Below are positions 51,737 through 61,757 of a DNA stretch of 64,000 bases, in pieces. The stretch spans positions 3,008,001 through 3,072,000 of the forward strand of contig CBDHHL010000032.1 of the NCBI GenBank assembly GCA_965263355.1. Direction: 5' to 3'. The notes beneath the pieces were generated by a model. The model was not told the DNA's origin. It searched no databases and saw nothing but the letters and a program-made list of their open reading frames with translations. Each line of letters starts with the position of its first letter. The first letter of the stretch is position 1. The stretch comes from Leptolyngbyaceae cyanobacterium (GTDB lineage: Bacteria > Cyanobacteriota > Cyanobacteriia > Phormidesmidales > Phormidesmidaceae). Both the position numbers and the translations under genes were made by a program.

Positions 51737-54700
51737 ATGTTTAACGCCTTTAAGTTTTTGCAAGATGGTCGGCTCGTTCAGTTGCTGCTGCTGGCGGTGA
51801 CTGTATTGGGACTAAGTGTAATTTCCATGTCCGTAGCCGATGCCATTTTTGTCAGCCACCTAGGGGCTGACCAGCTACCAATTTGCTTTGTTTTTATTGG
51901 TCTGTGCTCCATGCCAGCCTATGCGAGCATTAGTTCTGTGATGCAGCGAGTGCGCAGGACCCAGATGTTTATGGCGGCATTACTAGTGCTTTTGATGCTA
52001 ACGCTAGCACTACGGCTGGCACTGCCCTTAGATAGCACCCCAGTGTACTACGGGCTGATGATTGTCAGCTTTTTTCAGTGGGACCTCTCCGTTAATATTC
52101 TTTTTCCCAGTTTGCTGACGGATTATTTCAATACCTTGGAATACAAGCAATATATTTCCTACATCAGCATTGCTCAGGCAGTGGGCATCTTGATAGGGGG
52201 CAGCTGTTTGAGTGGTCTGTCTCAGTGGATTAGCCCCCAGGATTTGCTACTATGTTTACCAGCGGCGGTTGCGATCGCGTTGCTGCAACTAATTTATCTG
52301 GAACGTACTCAAAGGCCCCTGACGTCTGCTTCAGGTCACCACACCGTTGGTATCCTAGAATCTCTCCAGTCTTTTCCAGGCTTAGCTAAGCGTTATCCCC
52401 TAGTCTCTTTTTTAGCGGCTAGTAGCTTTCTCTGGGTGACTATCTATCTCAGCTCAGAATTTCTCTGGTTCACTATCTACAGTCAACAGTTTAATGAGCG
52501 TGAGCTGACCGCGTTCATAGGTCTGATGCAGATTTTGACGGGTGTGGCACGCATCACCGTGCTTTATTTAGTCACCCGTCCCCTGTTGCATTGGTTGGGG
52601 GTAGCTCGTATGAATATTTTGTTTCCCCTGACGACCCTAGCCTCCTTCATTAGCCTTGGGGTGAATGGCAATCTATCCGCCGCCATTGGTTTACAGATCA
52701 ATGGTGATGGCCTTCACAATGCCATTAATCGACCGGTGCATCAGCTCAATTACAACGCTATTCCCCAACAATTTTTAGAACGCATTCGTGCCTTGAGCGA
52801 TGGGGTTATCTATGCCATCGGTCTGATTTGTGGGGGTGGGTTTCTTTGGCTATGTGAGCATAGCTTGAATCTGCAACAGATTACCTGGGTATCGTCCGGT
52901 TTGGTGGGGATGTTTTTATTGGTGCGGCTCCCCATGGGCCGTTTTTACGCTAGTGGTTTAGAAGACTTGATCCGCACCGACGCTATTGACCTAAATCGGC
53001 TGGCCAGTCGCCAGTCCGTGTTACCGCTAAAACCCGTTATCAAAACGCTGATTCACAACGACAATGGCTACGATCAACTTAGGGGATTGGAGTTGGCCAC
53101 TCGTCTCGGAGAACCGATGGAGTTTTTGGAGGATGTTTTACATCTGTTATCGACGGCGGACCGGTCAGTGCGCTCAGCAGTAGTCACCCTGTTTAGTGAT
53201 GGTTTTTTAAGTGATAGTTCTGAGGAAACCCCTTGGGTAGAAAACTTTGTAACCGTTGAAGGCCATACGGATCTATGGTCAGTATGGCAAGAACAATTAG
53301 CTCCAGAGCAGCCGTTGGCCTGTCGACTAACGGCGTTGGAAATTTTGATAGTGCAGCAACAGGCCATTCCCCAAGACCGATTAGAGGAACTGAGTAGTCA
53401 TGAGGATTACAATTTGCGCTCCCTCGCCATGGTGGCACTTTTGCAGCAAAAATCTATCCGTGATACGGCTCACTTCTTGCAAGGAGACATTGATGACGGC
53501 GTCGCTAAGGTGATTATGCGGGTGGTAGCTCGTAGCGGTGATACCACCTTGCTCGGGTTATTAATGAAGCTGCTTCCCCAGGGCACTGCAGAGACAAAGC
53601 AGCGAGGATTGACTACTCTGAGCCAATTGCTTGATACTCTACCCGATGAGATGCTGACCCAGGTCATTGCCTTTGCCCAACAGAATTTTGACCATAATGA
53701 ACCGGCTATTAGAATTGCTGCGCTTGATCTCTGGCAGCGGTGCAGTGATGAGTTAGCCCCCTTGGTCACTGCTCTGAGTGATAGCCAGTCGTTGGTGCGC
53801 GAAGCTGCCGCCACCTGGTTAGCGGACAAGGGGGGCTTGGCAGAGGCCCAGGCTCAGCTGGCTTCTAAGAACCATAATGCTGTGAATGGTGCCATTGCTA
53901 CGATTGGTCGGATTCGTACCCGACAGGCCAGTGATATCCTGTATGCGCACTTAGCTGGTGATTTTCGGCAATTAGAACGCACCCGTAGTTGGCAAACGCA
54001 GATTCCTCGGTATGACCCTTACTGGCAGCCCTTGGTGGTTGCGATCGCTGACTACCATCAACGGCTGCTCCAAAAGGTGCTCTATATCTTGTCTAGTCTA
54101 GGCTATGGTCCCACAGTTAATACCGTTAATCAAATTTTGGCCACTACGGACGATCGAGATCGTTCCAATGCAGTGGAGGTGCTGGCGTCTCTCAATCACC
54201 GTCGGTTTATATTACCCTTGTTGCCCTTACTGGGAAAAAAGACTGACTATGTGCGTAAGTCTTTCACCCATCAGCTTTCTCTCAAATGGCTCAAAAACAA
54301 AGGTTATAAAATCCTTCTAGAGGCTATAGACTCAAAGGATCGATGGTTGCGGGCAGGGGCCTTGATTGCGTTAGCTAAAATTCCTCAAGCCTCCTTAAAT
54401 GATGTTGATCCTATAGTACGGGCGGTTGCCCGTGATCTATTTCTCATCACTCCCCGCTTACAGCATACTGATACAACTCTTCTAAACGATCCCCCAGACA
54501 CGCTTATGAACCGTCTACTCATTCTCAAAGATGTCGCTCTGTTTCAAGATCTTTCTTTGGATGAACTGCTGTTGATTGATGCGGTCCTAGAAGCTCAACA
54601 GTTTATGGCTGGTGAAACGATATTTGAAGAGGGAAGCTGGGGCACTCACTTGTACATTATTGCTTCAGGCACGGTACAGTTTGTTAAAATATTAGATGAA

Positions 54701-54958
54701 GAACAGTGGGAATTCAAACAGCTGGCAGCTGGCAATCATTTTGGTGAGATTGCTCTCTTTGATGATTTTCCCCACTGGAGTGGAGCTGTTGCGAAGGATG
54801 ATTGTCTATTACTAAAGCTGGAAAAGCAACGTTTTATCAACTTGACAACACAACGTCCCCACATTTTGCTTATGATTTGCCGATTTATCAGCCTGCAGCT
54901 CCGAGAGGTAGATAAGTTTCGTTCAGCGAAAAAAGTCAAAGAGGCGGCATCGAAATAA
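51737..54958 (+). CDS. MFS/Npt-like transporter domain fused to HEAT repeats and a C-terminal cyclic-nucleotide-binding domain
   Basis: About 12 TM helices in the first ~400 aa, HEAT-like repeats (L.D....VR.AA), and a cNMP domain (IFEEG..G..LYII.SG.V...FGE.AL). Confidence 0.8.
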   Translation: MFNAFKFLQDGRLVQLLLLAVTVLGLSVISMSVADAIFVSHLGADQLPICFVFIGLCSMPAYASISSVMQRVRRTQMFMAALLVLLMLTLALRLALPLDSTPVYYGLMIVSFFQWDLSVNILFPSLLTDYFNTLEYKQYISYISIAQAVGILIGGSCLSGLSQWISPQDLLLCLPAAVAIALLQLIYLERTQRPLTSASGHHTVGILESLQSFPGLAKRYPLVSFLAASSFLWVTIYLSSEFLWFTIYSQQFNERELTAFIGLMQILTGVARITVLYLVTRPLLHWLGVARMNILFPLTTLASFISLGVNGNLSAAIGLQINGDGLHNAINRPVHQLNYNAIPQQFLERIRALSDGVIYAIGLICGGGFLWLCEHSLNLQQITWVSSGLVGMFLLVRLPMGRFYASGLEDLIRTDAIDLNRLASRQSVLPLKPVIKTLIHNDNGYDQLRGLELATRLGEPMEFLEDVLHLLSTADRSVRSAVVTLFSDGFLSDSSEETPWVENFVTVEGHTDLWSVWQEQLAPEQPLACRLTALEILIVQQQAIPQDRLEELSSHEDYNLRSLAMVALLQQKSIRDTAHFLQGDIDDGVAKVIMRVVARSGDTTLLGLLMKLLPQGTAETKQRGLTTLSQLLDTLPDEMLTQVIAFAQQNFDHNEPAIRIAALDLWQRCSDELAPLVTALSDSQSLVREAAATWLADKGGLAEAQAQLASKNHNAVNGAIATIGRIRTRQASDILYAHLAGDFRQLERTRSWQTQIPRYDPYWQPLVVAIADYHQRLLQKVLYILSSLGYGPTVNTVNQILATTDDRDRSNAVEVLASLNHRRFILPLLPLLGKKTDYVRKSFTHQLSLKWLKNKGYKILLEAIDSKDRWLRAGALIALAKIPQASLNDVDPIVRAVARDLFLITPRLQHTDTTLLNDPPDTLMNRLLILKDVALFQDLSLDELLLIDAVLEAQQFMAGETIFEEGSWGTHLYIIASGTVQFVKILDEEQWEFKQLAAGNHFGEIALFDDFPHWSGAVAKDDCLLLKLEKQRFINLTTQRPHILLMICRFISLQLREVDKFRSAKKVKEAASK

Positions 54959-55069
54959 GATAGTGTTTAAGCTCTGCTGCTAGTCAAATGAATAAGACAG
55001 AGTTGGATAAGGTGCTGAGCTGTCCATTGAACTGACGCAGCAATACCTCGGTGATAACAGTCTGTGTGT

Positions 55070-56134
55070 TTATCGTGTATTCAACCAGCCAGTTCGCCAC
55101 TGACACCACTGTAGTAGTAACCATCCTCGATGCTGTTTGAACAGTGTGTAAAAGTAGATGGCCAGAATTGCAGTAAGGCAGAATGTGCCCAAAGTGTTAT
55201 ACGTGTTGATAATTTGCTGGTTGCTCCAGCCATGACCATCGGCGAGCCCCTCCATGTCGCCATCACCGCCCCACAATGAGCCCCATGGAATCTCCTGCAA
55301 GCCATGTCGCACCTGTCGCCAGGTCCACAGGCTACCAAAAAATGTAAACGATGCACCAACAACAACAGGGTAGCGGTACAGTCCCCACTGAAAATACTGG
55401 GGTAGTGGAAAGTAGTAGCCGACAATTAGCAGAGTGCAAATCAAAAACTCTCCACCAATGCCACCGAAGTACAACAACATGTCAAACGTATTGGCTGACA
55501 TGAGCCAGGTCATACCAAACTGTATAATTGCAAGAGAGATAGCTAACATTCTGGGCCAGCGTTTCTGTTCTCGCTGCCCAGCCCAAAACAACAATCCAAA
55601 CAGAAGCAGCACACCGACATACACAAAGACAGACCGCTGTGGATTGACTGGCGTAAACCCAATGGGTAAGGGGATAGCGCGACGGCCAGCCATCCAGGCT
55701 ACCACTGCATGGCCGAACTCATGAAACCAGATATCAATGCCTCGCAGTAGCACCCCAATAGGGGCAAAGGCTTTCAGACCAATACCGGTCAGCACCATTA
55801 ATGGAAAATAAAACACCGCGCTAAAGCGATTGTCAAAGGACGTTAGATCAGTATCAGCCTTGGTAAGTGGTGCGATCTCAAACGTCTGTTGCCAGGACGC
55901 CTGCTTCGGGGCTGTCAAACCATAAATATGTACTACCTGCAGATGCGTCAGGCCCAGCTGATCTAGGTTTATACGATAAAGCAGTGTCCGTAGAGTCTTC
56001 GTCGCAGGCTCTGGCATTGGTGCATCGGCTACTGCCAGACCGATATGCAAATGCTCCCCGCGGACACTGACCTGAGCCGAGAGCCCAACTTGCGCGATCT
56101 CAGTTACCAAAGCATTGAGGCTATCTGGCTGCAT
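55070..56134 (-). CDS. Membrane protein with HExxH motif, M50B-like metallopeptidase
   Basis: FHEFGH inside a TM region, several TM helices, and a downstream GDGDM motif. Confidence 0.65.
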   Translation of the reverse strand: MQPDSLNALVTEIAQVGLSAQVSVRGEHLHIGLAVADAPMPEPATKTLRTLLYRINLDQLGLTHLQVVHIYGLTAPKQASWQQTFEIAPLTKADTDLTSFDNRFSAVFYFPLMVLTGIGLKAFAPIGVLLRGIDIWFHEFGHAVVAWMAGRRAIPLPIGFTPVNPQRSVFVYVGVLLLFGLLFWAGQREQKRWPRMLAISLAIIQFGMTWLMSANTFDMLLYFGGIGGEFLICTLLIVGYYFPLPQYFQWGLYRYPVVVGASFTFFGSLWTWRQVRHGLQEIPWGSLWGGDGDMEGLADGHGWSNQQIINTYNTLGTFCLTAILAIYFYTLFKQHRGWLLLQWCQWRTGWLNTR

Positions 56135-56301
56135 AGGCTATTTCACCGTATGAAACTAAAATTAGCGTTCCCATTCTGGTAAAACGGCCTCAAAAACCTT
56201 AACTCGAAAAATTCACAAATCGGCCTTTGGAACCGTCTTTCAGCACAGAAGACAAAACTAGACGAACGTCGGGTGAGCTGAACTTAGTGGAGGGTTGCGA
56301 A

Positions 56302-56436
56302 ATGGCTAATATACAAAATCAAGAGACTCCTGTTCTCGTGGTGGGCAGTGGCATTACAGGATTAATGACAGCGTATTATGCAAAGTCAGCAGGCTATTCA
56401 GTGCGGTTGCTTAGTACAAGTCCAGACCGTTGGTGA
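56302..56436 (+). pseudogene. N-terminal fragment of an FAD-dependent oxidoreductase
   Basis: GGAGGG RBS, then MANIQNQETPVLVVGSGITGLMTAYYAKSAGYSVRLL (Rossmann GxGxxG). It stops after 44 aa. Confidence 0.65.
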
Positions 56437-56815
56437 ACAAGTTATGCAGGAAGAATCGCCCCTAACGGCCTGTACTGTGATGATAACTTCTGCTGCACTG
56501 GTATACGGAGCTATCGTAGCAATACGTGGAATTAGTTTTCCTACACGTTGATCTGGTTGGTTTGCGATCGCTGCACTTGCTTTGGTTTCAACAATTTTAG
56601 CGATCGGCACATTATTTGCTGGAATTAAACTTTTAGGAGCACCCACAGCGGCAATGCTGTCAACGCTGGAGCCCGTAATAACTATCGTGCTGTCAATGAT
56701 GATTTTGCACCAGTCAGTTACGACAATACAACTTATTGGTGGAGCCTTGATTCTCACAGCTGTCTTTATTGTAGCAATCGAAAAAATTGCTAATCAACCA
56801 CCTGAAATGGGCTAA
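56429..56815 (+). pseudogene. C-terminal half of an EamA/DMT transporter with an internal stop
   Basis: The frame reads VGEQVMQEESPLTACTVMITSAALV...FPTR*SGWFAIAALALVSTILA...GIKLLGAPTAAMLSTLEPV...QLIGGALIL, with TGA at 56549 and no N-terminal half. Confidence 0.75.
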
Positions 56816-57046
56816 GTGAACGCTATACTGCCATGACCAAAACTTTGGTGTAAGGAAAAGTGATCTGTGAAGACTGGTTTAACAACCTGCTTACATCCAA
56901 CCATTGAAAGTTTATGAGTTAGACGTTTAAGGGGAATGGTGGCAGGTGAAACAGAATGTTAGGCATTAATATCTGTAAACGTTACGACTCCTGTAGGGAG
57001 TAAGTAATAACCAAAGATCAGTGCATTGGGGGAGCTTTACAAGCAT

Positions 57047-57718
57047 CTATTGCGGCACGCTCTTCTGTTGCGCATAGGTCAAATGACCTTTATATTCAGC
57101 TATCTTGGCCTGGGCCATGGAATAGTTCGGATCTCCCTCAGGAATCGATTCTAAAATTACGATGGACTGTTGCCAGAAGCTGGCGATCAGTGACCAATCG
57201 TCAAAGCTAATGGCCATTTGGGTGAGGGCTTCAGCCTTCATGGCGAGGTCAAAGGCGGGCTGTAGGTTTGTCGCTGTCTCTGCTGTCTCTGCTGTGCTCA
57301 GCTCTGACACTTCATCACCAGTGTCCTCTTCAGTCCCAGCGTCCTCTTTAGTAACAGCCTCCCCTTCATCACCAGTGTCCTCAAATCCATCCTCTGCCCA
57401 AGCATTTTCCTCCCAGGTGCTCTCTTCCCAGTCTCCGCCTTCCAGGTTGAAATCGTTATAGGCTTGCTGTATGACCATTGAACTCATCAAGGTACCGATG
57501 ACAAACATCAGCACACCGCCCAGGGATAGAAATAGCGAATTTCGTACCCACTTGCGACTCCAGAATTTAATCACAAATATTAGGGACGCAAAGGGGACAA
57601 ATAAATAGAGTAGGCCCCAGGTGACACTTTCTTGAAATGACTGAACAATACCGATAATGCCGCCCGATAGAGATAGCACTAGACCTAAAAGAAATAGAAG
57701 AATTAATAAACTTGACAT
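57047..57718 (-). CDS. Hypothetical membrane protein with acidic linker
   Basis: Three N-terminal TM helices (WGLLYLFVPFASLIF), an acidic low-complexity linker with EDTGDE twice, and a C-terminal W..A..W...AQAKIAEY helical domain. Confidence 0.75.
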   Translation of the reverse strand: MSSLLILLFLLGLVLSLSGGIIGIVQSFQESVTWGLLYLFVPFASLIFVIKFWSRKWVRNSLFLSLGGVLMFVIGTLMSSMVIQQAYNDFNLEGGDWEESTWEENAWAEDGFEDTGDEGEAVTKEDAGTEEDTGDEVSELSTAETAETATNLQPAFDLAMKAEALTQMAISFDDWSLIASFWQQSIVILESIPEGDPNYSMAQAKIAEYKGHLTYAQQKSVPQ

Positions 57719-57964
57719 TGTATAGCCCCAAATGTTGCCCTTAACTTACCCAGTTTGGCTGATGGGTCAACAGTGAGCTGTAAACTACGTTCTCTAGTTA
57801 GAGCTGGCGTTTTATTTCCATAGAAAAGGGGGCTTGATATCTGATAGCTACTTAGTAGTACCGCTTGAGTTGAGTGTGCGTAATGTTGATTCTAAAGGAT
57901 CTTTTGATTTTTTTAATTCATTTCTGCTACTACACTCGATAAGTAGATTCAAATAGAGGATAGT

Positions 57965-58570
57965 ATGCTTAGTTACCTTTTTCGACTGGTTGCATTATTT
58001 GCATTTGCAATCATCCTAAACGTTTCTGTAGTGTCCGCTGCTAGTGCAGATTGCATATCAGACAAGATCTCTGATCAGTATGGCGTACCTGCGTTAGAAC
58101 AATGTGCAGAATCCTTGAATGAAAGCGACATAATCGGGACAACTAAGTGTCTTTCAAATTACCTTGGTTTATCAATTTCTGATGTTTCCCAGAAAATGTA
58201 TCTCTGGATCAACCAATGTGGTCCAGAGGAGACAGAAAAGTTTTTTACGGATCGTGCAGATGATGTGAAAGACTTTTTTGAAGGCACTAGCAATGAAATT
58301 GTAGAGGGAGGCCAAGCAGCTGTAGATAAGACTAAAGAGGTCGCAAATGATGTGAAAGACTTGGCTGAGGACACTGGCAAACAAGCTTTAGATAAGACTA
58401 AAGAGACCGCAAATGAGGTGAAAGACTTTGCTGAAGAGACCGCAAATGATGTGAAAGACGTTGCTAAAGACGCTGGCAATGAAATTGTAGACACTGGCAA
58501 AGAAGCTGTAGATAAGACTAAAGAGGCTGCGAATACAGTAGTAGGCGGTTTGAAACGCTTTTTCCATTAA
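57965..58570 (+). CDS. Secreted protein with LEA/apolipoprotein-like 11-mer amphipathic repeats
   Basis: Signal peptide (ASA-DC), 4-Cys N-terminal domain, then DKTKEVANDVK/DLAEDTGKQAL/DKTKETANEVK/DFAEETANDVK repeats. GAGG RBS upstream. Confidence 0.75.
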   Translation: MLSYLFRLVALFAFAIILNVSVVSAASADCISDKISDQYGVPALEQCAESLNESDIIGTTKCLSNYLGLSISDVSQKMYLWINQCGPEETEKFFTDRADDVKDFFEGTSNEIVEGGQAAVDKTKEVANDVKDLAEDTGKQALDKTKETANEVKDFAEETANDVKDVAKDAGNEIVDTGKEAVDKTKEAANTVVGGLKRFFH

Positions 58571-58662
58571 TGGCTATGACGGCGTAAAACAACGGTCACC
58601 TTTTGGTAAGTCTGTTTACTGTTAGCCAAGAAAATAGGCTAAAAATTGCGATAATAAAATTT

Positions 58663-58709
58663 GATAGAGTCGCTCTCCAGTTCTTAATAAGAGTGACTCT
58701 ATCTTTTTT
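58663..58709 (+). terminator. Rho-independent terminator
   Basis: GATAGAGTCGCTCT-N13-AGAGTGACTCTATC-TTTTTT. Confidence 0.7.
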
Positions 58710-58830
58710 ACTGGCTGAAGTCGTTTTGTAAAAAGAGAATATAAGCTAAAACGCACTGTCTGGCAATAGATTGCTCCGTTACGCTATCGTTAACACATTC
58801 TACAAATACTTATGACTATTCACTGTCCAT

Positions 58831-59895
58831 TTATATTACCTTGTCTGTTTTGAAGAGTGGTGGCAAGGCCCTGGTCATAGGTTTCCAGTAGAGCCCCCAA
58901 ATTGTCTCATAGGTAGCAGTATCTGGTTCCAGTAAACCCATCTGAAAGATCTCTGGTTCCGCCGCAGAATACAGTGTGCCAAACCAGTAATCCCAAATAA
59001 CTAGCATATAGCCAAAATTTTTATTTATATGTCGTGACTCAATACTATGGTGGATTTGATGATAAGCCGGACTAAATAACATATGCTTGAAGGGACCATA
59101 GGAGATCCAAACGTGGCTGTGATAGAGAATACCCAGGAAATCATCGATCACATAGAAATATAAAAGTAACGGGGCTAATGCAACGTCTCCGCCCAGGTAA
59201 GCTTGAGAAAGTCCTGTCAGTATGCCAATTGTAACGGCAACGCAGGAATCTCTGAAAATAGACTCGACTGGATGAACCAGGAAACTGGCCATAGGCGTTA
59301 ACACTTCTAGAGAATGGTGCATCGCATGAAACTCCCAAAGGATAGGAATTTTGTGCAAGCAGTAATGACTGAAGAAGAGCATAAAATCTATAGCAAGAAT
59401 ATAGATGATTGTATAAACGTATTGGATACAAGGATTGTTTAGACTCAGATAAGCACTGTCAGGTTGAAAATTTGTTGTGTTAAAGATCCATAACAACATA
59501 ACGTGGCAGGCTTTTTCGACTGTAATTATGACAGTTGTTGAATAACCAAACCTAACTAAAACGTTTAATGTGCGGTCGACTACATAATATTTAAGGCTCA
59601 GAATTGTTTGAGGATGTTGATAAATTGGTTTGGGAAAGCAGAATTTCCAGTAATCTAACCAAACGTTGGTTCCAGCTTGCCAACATTCTTGAGCTAAAAA
59701 GGCCCATAAAAAAACAATTAGGTAAACTATTAGATGAATCCAATGAAATGGATTCTCCAGATCTGAAAAGAAAGGAAAGATGACTTGCTGAAATACGTCT
59801 AACCCCTTGTCTAAGATAAAACAATAAAGATGCTGTAGGGTAATAGTGTCTAAATTTAAGCAGCTTTTAAGGCTGTTGCTGAGATCTTCTATCAC
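58831..59895 (-). CDS. Sterol desaturase / fatty acid hydroxylase family protein
   Basis: His boxes HYCLH, HAMHHS, HP.E, HSH, HQIHH and NFG...WD.WFGT. Confidence 0.88.
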   Translation of the reverse strand: MIEDLSNSLKSCLNLDTITLQHLYCFILDKGLDVFQQVIFPFFSDLENPFHWIHLIVYLIVFLWAFLAQECWQAGTNVWLDYWKFCFPKPIYQHPQTILSLKYYVVDRTLNVLVRFGYSTTVIITVEKACHVMLLWIFNTTNFQPDSAYLSLNNPCIQYVYTIIYILAIDFMLFFSHYCLHKIPILWEFHAMHHSLEVLTPMASFLVHPVESIFRDSCVAVTIGILTGLSQAYLGGDVALAPLLLYFYVIDDFLGILYHSHVWISYGPFKHMLFSPAYHQIHHSIESRHINKNFGYMLVIWDYWFGTLYSAAEPEIFQMGLLEPDTATYETIWGLYWKPMTRALPPLFKTDKVI

Positions 59896-59931
59896 GGTTC
59901 CTTCGTGTAGATTATATATGCGATGCTATCG

Positions 59932-61548
59932 TTAAGTGGCTTCAACTACAATAACTGGTAAAGAACTCGTTTCTACAACGGCCCTTGAAATAGAGCCGAC
60001 TAAAAAAGTTTCTAGATGTCGATGGCCTCGTTTACCCATAATAATTTCTGCGGCTCCATAGTCTTGGGCAACTCGTAGAATTTCTGTTGGAATAGCCCCT
60101 GATGTGGTGATAAATCGGTGTCGAATATCGGCTAAATGTTGTTTGCTCTGTTGTTGTAGGTGTTTGATTCCCTGAGGGTCGTCCACCCGTTGCACATGGA
60201 GTACCACGACATCGCCATCACATCGACGGGCAAGTTCAGCTGCTGTTGTTAGTACTTTTGCTGCCAGGGGTGATGTATCTACCGCTGCAAGTAAAACAAT
60301 TTTACGCTGGACAGATACCTTGGTGGGGTCCACCTCTCCCCGCTCTAGTAGTTTGGGGGCAAATGTGGGAATTGCCCAGGCCCCTAAGGGAGCCGTGACC
60401 AAAATCGATAAAGCCGCCAGGGCAAGAATTATGTCTCCGCCCTTTACACCTTGGGCTAATGGGATAGCGCCAATGGCCGCCTGCACCGTAGCTTTGGCAG
60501 AATTTCCTGCTAACAGAAACAGTCGTTCGTTGCGGGTCCAGTTGCTGCCTGATGTAGCTAAATACCAGCCGATGGAGCGCCCGACCAATGTGCCAATGGC
60601 CAGAATTAAGAGGCCGACGAGAAGTGTGTCACTTAGCACATTGAGTTGAATGCTGGCCCCCAATAACACAAACAAAATAATCTCTGCAACAACCCATAAA
60701 CTGTTGAAGCCTTCCCGTAGTCGTCTGGCCAGAGGACCATCCATCTGGATCAAAAAGAAACCGCTGGCCATCACAGCTAAGTAGCCCGAGAAGACAGGTA
60801 TATGCTCCGCAACAACAACAAGCAGTAGTGCAATACTGGCAGCGACAAGGGCATCCTGAATCGCATTTTGAGTCCAGTTTTGTTTGGCTAAAACCACCAC
60901 GAGTAACCGCGCAGTAAGCCAGCCTAGTAATATGCCTAAGCTGACTTGCAGGAGGACCTGTAGGGGCAAAAGTTGTATGGGGCTAAGGCTGAGATTGCCC
61001 AGGGTGATGCCTGTGTCCGTTTGCTGAGTTAAAAAGGCTAGCAGTAGGCTAAAGACCAGTAATAGCAGAACATCGGATAGGGCACTGCCGGTCAAAATCG
61101 CGTCGGGAATACCTTTTTTGACACCCCAGCCCAGACTTTTGAGCCTTAGCATGCCAGGTACGATGACGGCTGGTGATTCTGCCCCGAGGATGCAGCCGAG
61201 CAGTAGTCCGGTAGCGAGGTCGAATTGGAATAGCCCCATGGCAGTTAGGGCAACGGCAATGGCTTCACAGGCGGCGGGTAAGAAGCCAAGGCGTAGGGCT
61301 ACGCTACCTTGCTGGGCTAGCTTGTCGCGATCCAGGCCCAGTCCTGCCTTCATTAGAATGACCATGACGGCGATGGTGCGGAGGGAATCGGCTGCGTCAA
61401 GGACACCGGGGCTTAGCACGTTGCCCACTTGAGGACCGAGGAGGATGCCTGCGAGGACCATGCCCACCAGGGCTGGGGCGTTGAGTCTGCGGGCAATTTG
61501 TCCGGCGAAAAAGCCTGTGAGCAGAATCCAGATGATGCTTTCTAGCAT
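59932..61548 (-). CDS. Cation:proton antiporter (CPA family) fused to a C-terminal universal stress protein domain
   Basis: ESPAVIVP, LSDV and KATVQAAIG motifs over many TM helices; USP domain LAAVD...IIMGKRG...LVGSIS..V....PVIVV. Confidence 0.88.
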   Translation of the reverse strand: MLESIIWILLTGFFAGQIARRLNAPALVGMVLAGILLGPQVGNVLSPGVLDAADSLRTIAVMVILMKAGLGLDRDKLAQQGSVALRLGFLPAACEAIAVALTAMGLFQFDLATGLLLGCILGAESPAVIVPGMLRLKSLGWGVKKGIPDAILTGSALSDVLLLLVFSLLLAFLTQQTDTGITLGNLSLSPIQLLPLQVLLQVSLGILLGWLTARLLVVVLAKQNWTQNAIQDALVAASIALLLVVVAEHIPVFSGYLAVMASGFFLIQMDGPLARRLREGFNSLWVVAEIILFVLLGASIQLNVLSDTLLVGLLILAIGTLVGRSIGWYLATSGSNWTRNERLFLLAGNSAKATVQAAIGAIPLAQGVKGGDIILALAALSILVTAPLGAWAIPTFAPKLLERGEVDPTKVSVQRKIVLLAAVDTSPLAAKVLTTAAELARRCDGDVVVLHVQRVDDPQGIKHLQQQSKQHLADIRHRFITTSGAIPTEILRVAQDYGAAEIIMGKRGHRHLETFLVGSISRAVVETSSLPVIVVEAT

Positions 61549-61621
61549 TGGGGTAGATGGCTGGGGAAAGCATTACCATACCGTCCTTCTGGCTTAAAAA
61601 CTGACGCTAGGATTTCATTTA

Positions 61622-61640
61622 GTGCAACGGCCTGTTGCAC
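61622..61640. repeat. REP-like palindrome in a divergent intergenic region
   Basis: GTGCAAC-GGCCT-GTTGCAC. Confidence 0.45.
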
Positions 61641-61757
61641 GAGTGATTGGTAAGTATGACGACATGGTTGTGGGGCTATCTATTGCCTGATTGATACTGA
61701 GTCAGCTGTAAGATAAACCTATAATCAAGCCATTAGACAAATTGAATCAGTTGAGGC

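Noticed and set aside
61549..61757. Fluoride riboswitch upstream of the antiporter-USP gene
   Set aside because: The GGCGATGG..CGCC...GCTGATGAC core is not present on the minus strand.
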